DNA of 64,000 bases, taken from contig OZ242011.1 in the NCBI GenBank assembly GCA_965204755.1, positions 480,001 through 544,000 of the forward strand, given 5' to 3'. The notes below the pieces were generated by a model. That model was not told where the DNA came from. It searched no databases and saw only the letters and a program-made list of their open reading frames with translations. Shown piece after piece: positions 27,401-39,400 of this stretch; within the stretch, counting starts at the first letter, position 1, and every line of letters starts with the position of its first letter. This DNA comes from Candidatus Marinacidobacterium sp. GTDB lineage: Bacteria; Acidobacteriota; Vicinamibacteria; Marinacidobacterales; Marinacidobacteraceae. The position numbers and the translations under genes were made by a program.

Positions 27401-30400
27401 CTAGAACCGGAGGGTGCCGCGGAGGCCGAGGCGGAGGTAGGCCGGGGTGTCGCTGTACGAGGCGCGTTCGCCGGACAACTCCAGGTCGAACATCCGGCCC
27501 GGGCTCAGGGGGTCGCCGTAGCGGAGGCCGAAGCGCACCCGGTTCCGGCCGTCGCCGGCGCCGTAGTCGGTGAACGGGGTGAAGACGCCGGGGAGCGGGC
27601 CGGCGGGGAAGCCGTAGCCGAACCGGGCCTCGAAGGCGCCGCCTTCCGGACGCCGGGCGGCGGCGGCGCCGGCGCCGGTGAACAGGTTGGCGTCCGGGCG
27701 CCAGAGCGCGTCCTGCCCGCCCCGGCCGCCCCAGGTCGGGGCCAGCGAGAAGGACAACCCCGCGCCGTCCTGCCTCGGCTGGAGGAGCGCCGTCAGCCCG
27801 GCCCCCCGCTCCCGGAAGCCGTCCTCGCTGTGCGCCGCCAGCATCCGGCCCTGCGCCTCCAGGCGGAACCGCGTTCCCGCCGTGAGCCGCAGCCCGCCGG
27901 CCAACTCCAGGCCCCGGCCGGTCACTTCGGTGTCCCCGTCCGCCCGCGCCGACACCGTCGCGAACGGCTCCACCGCGCCGCCCCCGCCGAGACCCTGGCG
28001 GAACCGGGTCTCCACGCCCGCCCGCAGGCGGAAGGCCCGCGCTTCGAGGCCGCCGGAGACGCCCGCGCCGGACGCGGTGGCCAGCCGGCTCAGCCCGGCG
28101 TCCCCCCGGACCGCCAGTTCCAGGCCCTCGCCGGCGCCCGCCACCCGCAGCCGCAGCCCGACCAGGCCCATCCCCAGCGACAGGGACTGCGACTCCCGGC
28201 CCCGTTCGCCGCGGTCGGTTTCCAGGGTCCCGGAACCCGCGCCGCCGATCGCCCAGAACTCCGTCCGGTCGGTGGGCCGGACGCTGGCGTAGGGCAGGAC
28301 GCTGGTGATCCGCGCCGTGGTCTCGCCGGTCCCGGTGGTCTCCCCGGCGAACGAGTAGTCCGCCCGGCCGAAGGTCCGGGCGACCGCCAGCCCCGCGAGC
28401 CAGGAGTCCCCGGAGACATCCGCGCCCACATACGGCGTCCGCAGGTCGCCGGAGTAGGCGGCGCCCGCCGCCGGGGCGCCTTCGAAGGACACCAGGTCGC
28501 CGGCGCCCCACAGGCCCCAGCGGAGGCCGCCGTCGTCCGCGCCGCCCGTCCCGGAGCGGCCGCCCTCGTCGTCCTGCCCGAAAGTCAGGGCGAAACTGTC
28601 CCGCACCGGGTCGAAGCCTTCGAGCGACGCCGCGTTCTCCAGCGGGCGCTCGCCCCGGAACAGGGTCTGGACGCCGAGCGCGGCGTTCTCCAGCCCGCCG
28701 ACCGGCAGGCCGCCGTTCCCGCCGGAGAGCGCGGTCATCGTCAGCCGGCTGCTCCCGCCCCGCGCCTCCATCCGCCGCCCGATCACCTCGGAAGCGCTCG
28801 ACAGGAAGCCCCGGCCCATCCCGGTGAGGGTCTCGGCGACCACCGCCGCCTCCGCCGGGTCCGCCACCACGGTTACCGCGAAGGACTGCTCCGCGCTCCC
28901 GGCGCGGTTCGACGCCGTAACCGTCACCGAGGCCTCGCCTTCGGTCAGCGGCGACACCGAGACCACCGCCGCCCCGGTGAGCAGCGCCGACGCCACCCCC
29001 GGCGCGGACGACGAAGCCGCGTAGCGCTCCGCCCCGGAGAAGGCCGCCGCCACTTCCACCGGGTGCGGATCCGCGCCGGCGATCAGCGTCAGCGCCGGGA
29101 GCGTCCCCACCGCCCGCGGCGGCGAGATCCCCCGCACCGGGTGCTCCGGCTGGTCGGCGAGCGCCGGGTGCGACAGGTCCACCCGCTGGCCGGGAACCCC
29201 GGTAACCGCCGAAGGAACCGCATCCTGCGGGACGGAGACGCCGTTCTCGTCCCAGTCACCTTCGACCACCCGGTAGGCGAAGCGCAGCGCCGCCGTCCCC
29301 GCCCCCGACCGGTAGCCCGCCGGGCGAGCCGAGAGCCCCACCGTCAGCGGCAGCGACGGCGTCCCGGACACCCGCGCCGGCGAACTGAACTCCACCGCCA
29401 CCTCCACGGTCTGCCCCACCCGGTAGGCGACCCCGTCCGGCGGGGTGGAGGAGATCCGCACCTCCCGCACCGTCAGCGGGTCGATCCCCCGCACCCGGTG
29501 CTCCGCGCCGCCGGAGACCCCCCGGTGGCCGAGGGCCACCCGCTGGCCCGGCGCGCCGGAGACCGCCCCGGCGAGGGTGTTCGCGGTCACCTCCACCCCG
29601 TCCTCGTCCCAGTCCGGGATCTCCACCGGGTAGCCGAACCGCAACTTCGCCGTGCCCGAACCGGCCAGGTAGGCCGCCGTCCGGGGCGAGCCGCCCAGGG
29701 CCAACTTCAGGCTCGCCGCGCCGCCCACCCGGGCCGGGCCGCTGAACGCCACTTCCACGGTGATCGTCTCGCCGGCCCGGTAGAAGGCCCCGTCCGCCGG
29801 GCTGGAGACCAGCGAGACGCCGGTAACGGTGAGCGCGGCCTCCGGCGGGGGCGGGGGCGGCGGCGCGGTCCGGGCGTCCACCCGGTGCGCCGGGTCGTCG
29901 TCGAGGCCCCCGTGCGCCAGCGCCACCTCGTCGCCGCGCAGCGTGCGGATCTGCCCCGGGCGGAACGGGTTGGGCGGGACCGAGATCCCGTCCCGGTCCA
30001 GGTCGCCGGCGGCCACCCGGTAGCGGAACACCACCCGGGCGCTTCCCGCGCCTTCGCGGTACGCCGCCGTCCGCGCCTCGTCGCCCACCGTCAGCGCCAG
30101 CCGCTCCCGCCGGTTGACGGACACCGCCTCGCTGAAGGCCGCCAGGAAGACCACCGTTTCACCCTCCCGGTAGGCGTCGCCGTCCGCCGGCGCCGAGACG
30201 ATCGACAGGGAGACGACGCGCGGCTCGCCGGCGGCCGGGGCGCCGCCCCCGCCTCCGCCGCCGCCCCCGCCGCCGCCGGGGTCGCTCGCCGGGGTCGGGG
30301 GCGCCAGCGCGAACTGGCCGTCGTCGGCCACCGCGTGGACGCCCAGCGCCAGGTTCGCCGGGTTCGGGTTGGCTTCCTGGGCCGCCACCCCGTCGGTGAT

Positions 30401-33400
30401 CGACCCGCCGTTCAGGTCGAGCGCCCCCGAACCGATGCTGATCCCGTTCGGGTCCTCGTCGCCCGGCAGCACCCGGTACTCGAACAGCAGGCCCCGGAGG
30501 TCGTCGGTCTGCCCGGTGTAGCGCGCCGTAACCACCTCCATCCCCGGCGTTCCCCCCTGGCCCCGGCGCAGCACGCCGGAAGTCACGGCCCGCGCCGAGG
30601 TCCCGCCGCCCAGCGTCAGCCGCAGCAACGGCATCCCGCTCACCGCCACCGGCTCCGAGAACCGGACTTCCACCCCGATCGAGTCGCCCGGCGCGAAGGT
30701 TCCCCCGGCGCCGCTCCCCCGCCCGGAGAGAACCACCCCGACCACCGTCGGCTGCCGGTCGTCCGAGGCGCTCCCCGCCACCGGCAGGTCCGCGTCGTTC
30801 GCGAAGGCGTGGTCGCCGAGGCCGAGGGCGGCGGCCGTCCCCCCGCCGTCCACGATCGTCCCGCCGTTCAGCGCGAGCGCCGAGGCCGCGATGCCGAGAC
30901 CGTTCGCGTCGGCGTCCGCGGCGACCACGGAGTAGCGGAAGACCAGCGTGGAAGTCCCGCTGCCGGAGGCGTAGTCCGCTTGGCGGGTGGCCGAGCCGAT
31001 GGTGAGCGCCAACTGCGGCGTCCCGGTAACCGTCACCGGCTCGGAGAAGGAGACCCCCACCGCGACGACATCGCCGGCGATGTACGCGCCCCCCGCGCCG
31101 TTCCCCGGGTACGCGGAAGACACCGTTACATCGATCACCGTCGGCGCCACCACATCGGCGCCGTCGCCGTCCACCACGATCTCCGGGTCGGCGTCGAAGG
31201 CGTGGCCGCCGAGGCGCAGGTCGGCGTCCTTGCCGCCGCCCACCCGCTCGCGGATCCGGCCGCCGGAGGGGGTCAGCGCCGAGGAGCCGATCCCGACCCC
31301 GTCGGCGTCCTCGTCCGACCGCTGCACGGTGTAGCGGAACCGCTGGAGGCGGCGGTCGAGGCTCGAGGAATGCCAGCGCGCCGGACGCCGCGCGTTCCCG
31401 ACGGTCAGCGCCACCTGCGGCGTCCCGCTCACCGAGACCGGCTCCGAGAAGCGCACCTCCACCTGGATCACATCGCCGGCGATATAGACCCCGTTCGCCC
31501 CGTTCCCCGGCCAGGCCGCCGACACGGACAGCCCCACCACCGTCGGCGCCCGGGTGTCCGAGCCGCCGCCCGAAACGACCGCGTCCCCGTCGGTGATCGC
31601 GTGCCCGGCCAGCGACAGGTTCGCGTTGTTCGGGGTGGACGCCCGGTCGACGATCGCCCCGCCGTTCAGCGCGAGCGCGGCCGCCCCGATGCTGATCCCG
31701 TCGGCGTCGGAGTCCGCGAGCGCCACCCGGTAGCGGAACGACAGCGCCGGCGTCCCGCTGCCGGCGGCGTAGTCCGCCTGGCGCGTCCCCGCCCCGATGC
31801 CGAGCGCCAACTGCGGCGTCCCGGTGACCCGCACCGGCTCCGAGAACTCCACCACCACCTCGATCGTGTCGCCGGAGATGTACGCCCCGTCGAGGCCGTT
31901 CCCCGGGAAGGCCGCCGAAATCGAGACCCCGCGCACCGTCGGCGCGCGCACATCCGCCCCGTTCCCGTCCACCCGGATCGCGTTCGCGCCGACGACCGTC
32001 CGGCTCCCCGACTGGTCGGGGGCGTTCCCCCGGTCGTCCTCGATCGTCCCGCCCAGCGGCGAAACGCCGAGCGCCAGCCCGTCGGTGTCCGCGTCCGCGG
32101 ACTGCACCACATAGGCGAACGAGAGCGTGTCCGTCCCCGAACCCGCGCGGTAGGCCGCCGACCGGGAGGTCGTCCCGACGAAGAACGACAGCGAGGCCGC
32201 CCCGGTAACCGTCACCGGCTCGGAGAACTCCGCGGCAACCGAGATCACATTCCCGGCGATGAACGCGCCGCTCGCGCCTTCGCCGGTCCCGGAGAAGGTG
32301 AAGGTGTCCGCCGTCGGCGCCGGGTCGGTCCCGTCCCCGTCCACCTTCGACGCGCTCTCGTTCGCGATCTCGTAACCGGTGAGGTCGAGGTTCGCGGCCT
32401 GGTTCCGGTTGTCGCGGATGGTCCCGCCGTTCAACTGCAGGGCGTTCGCCGCGATGCCGAGCCCGTCCGCGTCCTCGTCGGCCGTCACCACCGTGTAACG
32501 GAACAACTGGCGGCTCGCGTCCGACCCGGCGGCGGCCCAGGCCGCCTGGCGGGTTCCGCTGGTCAGGCCGAGCGCCACCTGCGGCCGGCCGGACACCCTC
32601 ACCGGCTTGTGGAACCGCACTTCCACTTCGATCACATCGCCGGCGATGAAGGTATCGGGGCCGCCGCGCCTCCGCCCCGAAACCGACATCCCGGTTACGA
32701 ACGGCGCCCGCGCGTCCTCGCCGTCGCCGTCCACCGCGTACCGCTCCACCTCGGAGAAGTCCACGGCGCCGAGACCCAGCACCGCCGCGTTGCTCGCGCC
32801 GTCCGCGATCGTCCCGCCGTTCAGCCCGAGCGCCGAAGCGCCCACCCGGACGCCGGCCGGGGCGTCGTCCACCGCCTGCACGAGGTAGCGGAAGGACACC
32901 ACCTCGCCGCCCGCGCCGGCCACCGCGATCCGCTCGGCGTAGCGCGTCCGGACCCCCACCGTCAGCGCGAGGCGCGGCGTCCCGCCGGTGGTCGTAACCG
33001 TTACCGGCTCGTCGAAGTGCAGGTCCACCCGAATCGGGTCGCCTTCGATGAACGCCCCGCCGTCGCCGTTCCCGGAAGCCGCGAGCGCCGCCCGGACCAC
33101 CCGCGGGACGCGGACATCGGTCCCGCTGCCGGTTACCACCGCGTCGCCGTTGCTGATCACATGCGTCCCGAGGGCCAGCGCGGCGTCGTTCCCCGCCCGG
33201 TCCTCGATCGTCCCGCCGTTCAGCGCGAGCGCCGAAGCCCCGACGCTGACCCCGTTCGCGTCGGTGTCCGCGGTAACCACGGTGTAGCGGAACTCCAGCG
33301 CCGTCGTCCCGCTGCCGGAGGCGTAGGCGGCCTGGCGGGCGCTCGACCCGACGGTGATCTCCACCTGCGGCGCCCCGGTTACCACCACCGCTTCGTCGAA

Positions 33401-36400
33401 CTCCACGGTTACCACCAGGTCGTCGCCGGCGATGAAGACGCCGCTCGCGCCCTGCGCGCTGCCGGAAACCGTTACCCCGGCCACCGTCGGCGCCCGGACA
33501 TCGGCCCCGTCCCCGTCCACCACGACTTCGCCGTCGGAGATCTCATGCCCGGAGAGGCTCAGCCGGGCGTTGTTGTTCCCCCGGTCGCGGATCGTCCCGC
33601 CGTTCGTCCGGAGCGCGTTCGTCCCGATGCTCAGCCCGTTCGAGTCGTCGTCGCCGGTAACCACGGCATAGCGGAACTCGTGCTCCGTCCGGCGGCCGGC
33701 CGCGCTGACCCAGTCGGCGTAGCGCGTCCCGGTGGCCAGGGTGAGCGCCACCCGCGGCGACCCGGTTACCTCCACCGGCTCGGAGAAGGTGATCGTTACG
33801 CTGACTTCGTCGCCGGCGATCAGCGTCCCCGACTGGCCGCTCGGCGGCTGGCGCGGCGCGACCGTTACGCCGGCGACCGTCGGCGCCACCACATCGGCGC
33901 CGCTCCCGTCCACCTCGAAGGCGGCGTCGTCGGTTACGGCGTGCATCCCGAGCCCCAGCGCCGCGTTGTTGTTCGCGCCGTCCGTCATCGTCCCGCCGTT
34001 CAGGGCCAGCGCCCCGGCGGCGACGGAGATCCCGTTCGCGTCGGCGTCGCCGCTCGCCACGGTGTAGCGGAAAGTCAGCGAGGTCCTCCGGTTCCCCGAA
34101 ACGAAGTCCGCCTGCCGGGCCTGGTTCCCGATGGTGATCTCCACCTGCGGCGTCCCGGTAACCGTGATCGCTTCGTCGAAGTACACGGTTACCGTGAGGA
34201 CATCGTCGGCGATGAAGGTCCCGTTCGCGCCCTGCGCGGTCCCGGAGAGCAGGAGGCCGGTAACCCTCGGCGCGACCGCGTCCGCGGCGCTCCCGTTCAC
34301 CCGGAAGTCGCCGTCGTTGCTCACCGCGTGCGTTCCGAGGCCCAGCGCCGCGTCGTTGCCGGCGGCGTCGCGGATCGTCCCGCCGTTCGCGGCGAGCGCG
34401 GTCGTCCCGATGCTGAGCCCGTTGGCGTCGGTGTCCCCGCTCTGCACGGTGTAGCGGAAGACCAGCGTGTTCCCGCCGCCGGAGGAATAGACCGCCTGCC
34501 CGGCGCCGCTCCCGAGGGTGAGCGCCACCTGCGGCGAACCGGTAACCGTTACCGGCTCGCTGAACTCCACGGTTACCTCGATCCGGTCGCCGGCGATGAA
34601 GATGCCGTTCGCGCCCTGCGGCCGGCTGCCCGACAGCGCGAGGCCGGTTACCGTCGGCCGGACCGCGTCCGCCGCGGCGCCGTCCACCTCGAAGTTCGCG
34701 TCGTCGGTGATCGCGTGGTCGCCCAGGTCGAGCGCCGCGTCGTTGCTCGAGGCGTCGCGGATCCTCCCGCCGGCCCGGTCGAGGGCCGAGGTCCGGACGG
34801 AGATCCCGTTCCCGTCGGAGTCCGCGGCCACCACGGTGTAGCGGAAGACCAGCGCGGCCGTCCCGGCGCCGGAGGCGTAGGCCGCCGCGCGCGTCCTCGA
34901 CCCGACGGTGAGCCATACCCGCGGCGTCCCGGTAACCGTTACGACCTCGTCGAACTCCACGGTTACCGCGATTTCGTCGCCGGCGATGAAGACGCCGTTC
35001 GCGCCCTGCGCGCTGCCCGAAAGCGAGACGCCGGAGACCCGCGGCCCCCGGACATCGGCGCCGCTCCCGGCCACCCGGAAGTCGGAGGCGTCGGTTACGG
35101 CGTGGCTGCCGAGGCCGAGCGCCGCGTCGTTGTTCGCGGCGTCCCGGATCATCCCGGAGTTCAGGGTGAGCGCCGAGGCGCCGACGGAGAGGCCGTTCGC
35201 GTCGGCGTCCGCGGTTACCACGGTGTAGCGGAACACCAGCGACGCCGCGCCGCTGCCGGAGGCGTAGTCCGCCTGCTTGTCCACCGCCCCGAAGGTCAGC
35301 GCCAACTGCGGGGTCCCGGTAACGGTTACCGGCTCGCTGAAGCCGACGGTTACCTCGATCACATCGTCGGCGATGAAGGTCCCGTTCTCGCCCTGCCCGG
35401 TCCCCGCCAGCGAGACCCCGGTAACCGTCGGCGCGACCATGTCCGAGGCGGCGCCGTTCACCGTGAAGCCGCTCCGGTCGCCGAGCGCGTGGGCTCCCAG
35501 GTCGAGCGTGGCGGTGTTGCCCGCCGCGTCCTCGACGGTCCCGCCGTTCAGCGCGAGCGCCGAAGCGCCGACGCTGACCCCGTTGGAGTCCGTGTCCGCG
35601 GTAACCACGGTGTAGCGGAACAGCAGCGAAGCCGTCCCGCTGCCGGAGACATACCCCGCCTGCCGGGCGTTCGCGCCGACGGTGATCTCCACCTGCGGGG
35701 TCCCGGTAACCGTTACCGGCTCGCTGAACTCGACGGTGACTTCGATCTCGTCGTCGGCGATGAACAGGCTGGCCCCGCCCTGCGGGGCGCCGGAGAGCGT
35801 TACGCCGGTTACCGTCGGCGGGATGGCGTCGGCGGCGCTCCCGTCCACCACCGCGTCGCCGTCGGTGATCGCGTGGTCGCCGAGGCCGAGGTTCGCCGGG
35901 TTGTTCGACCCGTCGCGGATCGCGCCGCCGCCCGTCGCGAGCGCCGACGACCCGACGCCGATCCCGTTGGAATCGCGGTCCGCGCGGACCACGGTGTAGC
36001 GGAACACCAGCGAAGCCGTCCCGCTGCCGGAGGCGTAGTCCGCCCGCCGCAGGCTCGGCCCGACATCGAGCCATACCCGCGGCGTCCCGGTAACCGTTAC
36101 CGCTTCGTCGAACTCCACGGTTACCTCGAGGACATCGTCGGCGATGAAGACGCCGTTCTCGCCGCGGGCTTCCCCGGAGACGGTTACCCCGGTAACGCTC
36201 GGGCGCCGGACATCGGGGCCGCTCCCGTTCACCCGGAAGCCGGAGGCGTCGGTTACGGCGTGGCTGCCGAGGCCGAGCGACGCGTCGTTGCTCGCGCCGT
36301 CCCGGATCATCCCGGAGTTGAGCGCGAGCGCCGAGGCGCCGACGGAGAGGCCGTTCGCGTCGGCATCCGCCGTTACCACGGTGTAGCGGAACACCAGCGA

Positions 36401-39400
36401 AGCGGTCCCGCTGCCGGAGGCGTAGTCCGCCTGCTTCTCCACCGCCCCGAAGGTCAGCGCCAACTGCGGGGTCCCGGTAACGGTCACCGGTTCGCTGAAA
36501 GTCACGGTCGCTTCGATCACATCGTCGGCGATGAAGGTCCCGCTCGCGCCCTGGCCGCTCCCCGAGAGCGAGACCCCGGCCACCGTCGGGGCGACCATGT
36601 CCGTGGCCGCGCCGTTCACCGTGAAGCCGCTCTGGTCGCCGAGTGCGCGGGTTCCGAGGTCGAGCGTCGCGGCGTTGCCGACCAGGTCGCGGATGGTCCC
36701 GCCGTTCAGCCCGAGCGCCGAGGCCCCGACGGCGATGCCGTTCGAGTCGGTGTCCCCGGAGACGACGGTGTAGTGGAAGACCAACTCCGTCGTCCCGCTG
36801 CCGGAGGCGTAGTCCGCCTGCCGGATGTTCGCGCCGACGGTGAGCGCCAACTGCGGCGTCCCGACGACCGTTACCGGCTCGCTGAACTCCACGGTGGCGG
36901 CGATCTCGTCGCCGGCGATGAAGATCGCGCTCCCGCCCTGCGGGGCGCCGGAGAGGGTCACCCCGGTAACCGTCGGCGGGATGGCGTCGGAGGCGCTCCC
37001 GTCCACCGGCGCGCCGCTCTCGGTGAACGCGTGGTCGCCGATGCCCAGGTTCGCCGGGTTGTTCGACCCGTCGCGGATCGCCCCGCCGTTCAGGAAGAGC
37101 GCCGAGCCGGAGACGCCGATCCCGTTGGAGTCCCGGTCCCCGCTGACCACGGTGTAGCGGAACACCAGCGAAGCGGTCCCGCTGCCGGAGGCGTAGTCGG
37201 CCCGGCGGGTGTTCACGCCGACGGTGAGCCGCAGCGCCGGCGTCCCGGTAACCGTTACCTCCTCGTCGAACTCCACGGTCGCTTCGAGGACATCGCCGGC
37301 GATGAAGAGGCCGCTCGCGCCGCGCGCGGTCCCGCCGACCGTTACGCCGGCGACCTCCGGGCGGCGGACATCGGCGCCGCCCCCGTTCACCCGGAAGTCG
37401 GCGGCGTCGCCGAGGGCGTGGGTCCCGAGGCCGAGCGAGGCGGCGTTGTTCGCGGCGTCGCGGATCGTCCCGCCGTTCAGCCCGAGCGCCGAAGCGGCGA
37501 CGGCGACCCCGTCGGCGTCGGTGTCCCCGGCGACGACGGCGTAGCGGAAGACCAACTCCGTCGTCCCGCTGCCGGAGGCGTAGTCGGCCTGGCGGGGGGT
37601 GCTGCCGATGGTCAGTTCCACCTGCGGGGTCCCCATGACCGAAGCCGCCTCGTTGAAGGAGACGGTTACCGAGATCGCGTCGCCGGCGATGAACCTCCCG
37701 TCCTGGCCCTGCCCGACCCCGGAGAGCGAGACGCCGGTAACGAAGGGCCCGATCGCGTCGGCGGCGGCGCCGTTCACCGTGAACCCCGAGGCGTCGCTCA
37801 CCGCGTGGGTTCCCAGGCCGCGCGCGGCGTTGTTGCCGGCGGCGTCGCGGATCGTCCCGCCGTTCAGCGTCAGCGCCGAAGCGCCGACGGAGATTCCGTT
37901 CGCGTCGGTGTCCCCGGCGGCCACGGTGTAGCGGAACACCAGCGAGGAGGTCCCGCTGCCGGAGGCGTAGTCCGCCTGCTTCGGCGCCGCGCCGACGGTG
38001 AACTCCAACTGCGGCGTCCCGACGACGGTTACCGGCTCGCTGAACTCCACGGTCGCGGTGATCTCGTCGCCGGCGCGGAAGACGCCGAACGCGCCCTGCG
38101 CCCGGCCGGACAGCGTTACCCCGGTAACGGTCGGCGCGACCCCGTCCGCCGCCGACCCGTTCACCTCGAAGTCGGCGTCGTCGGTGATCGCGTGGTCGCC
38201 GAGGCCGAGCGCCGCGTTGTTGGCCGCGTCGTCGCGGATCGTCCCGCCGTTCAGGTCGAGCGAGGAGACGCCGATCCCGTTCGGGTCGCGGTCCCCCCGC
38301 GCCACGGCGTAGCGGAAGACCAGGGAGGCCGTCCCGCTGCCGGACACATAGGACGCGTAGCGGGTCGCCGAGCCGATCCGCAGCGCCGCCCGCGGCGTTT
38401 CGGTAACCGTAACCACCTCGTCGAACTCGACCGTTACCTCGATCTCGTCGCCGGCGATGAAGACGCCGCTCGCGCCCTGGGCGCTGCCGGAGAGTGACAC
38501 CCCGGCGACCGCCGGCGCGCGGCCGTCCCCGGCGGCGCCGTCCACCGTGAAGTCGGCGGCGTCAGTGATCGCGTGCGTCCCGAGGCCGAGCGCGGCGTCG
38601 TTGTTCGCCGCGTCCTTGATCGTCCCGGAGTTCAGCGTCAGCGCCGCAGCGCCGACCGAGATCCCGTTCGCGTCGGCGTCCGCCGCAACGACGGTGTAGC
38701 GGAACAGCAGCGAAGCCGTCCCGCTGCCGGAGACATACGCCGCCGGCTTCGTCGGCGGCGTCCCGATGGTCAGGGCGACCTGCGGGGCGCCGGTAACGGT
38801 TACCGGCTCGTCGAACTCCACGGTTACTTCGAGGACATCGTCGACGATGAAGGTCCCGCCCGCGCCCTGCGCGCTCCCGGAGAGCGTTACCCCGGCGACC
38901 GCCGGCGACCGGCCGTCCGCGGCGCCGCCGTTCACCGTGAAGTCGGCGGCGTCGCTGATCGCGTGGGTCCCGAGGCCGAGCGAGGCGGCGTTGCCGGCGT
39001 CGTCGTCGATCCCCCCGCCGTTCAGCGCGAGCGCCGAGGCGCCGACGGCGATCCCGTTCGAGTCGGCGTCCGCGGCCACCACGGTGTAGCGGAACACCAG
39101 CGAGGCCGTCCCGCTGCCGGAGACATACCCCGCCTGCTTCGGCCCCGTCCCGACGGTCAGGGCGACCTGCGGGGTTCCGGTAACCCGCACCGGCTCGCTG
39201 AAGTCCACGGTTACCGAAATGGCGTCCCCGGCGATGAAGACGCCGCTCGCGCCCTGCGCGCTGCCCGAGAGCGTTACCCCGACAACCGTCGGCGCGACCG
39301 CGTCCGCCGCCGACCCGTTCACCTCGAACGCGGCGGCGTCGGTGATCACATGGTCACCGAGGCCGAGCGCCGCCGCATTGGTCGCGGCGTCCGCGATCCC

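Noticed and set aside
30240-30285. Poly-Gly stretch in the adhesin as a slippage tract
   Set aside because: It is encoded by mixed GGC/GGG/GGA codons, so it is an ordinary flexible linker.
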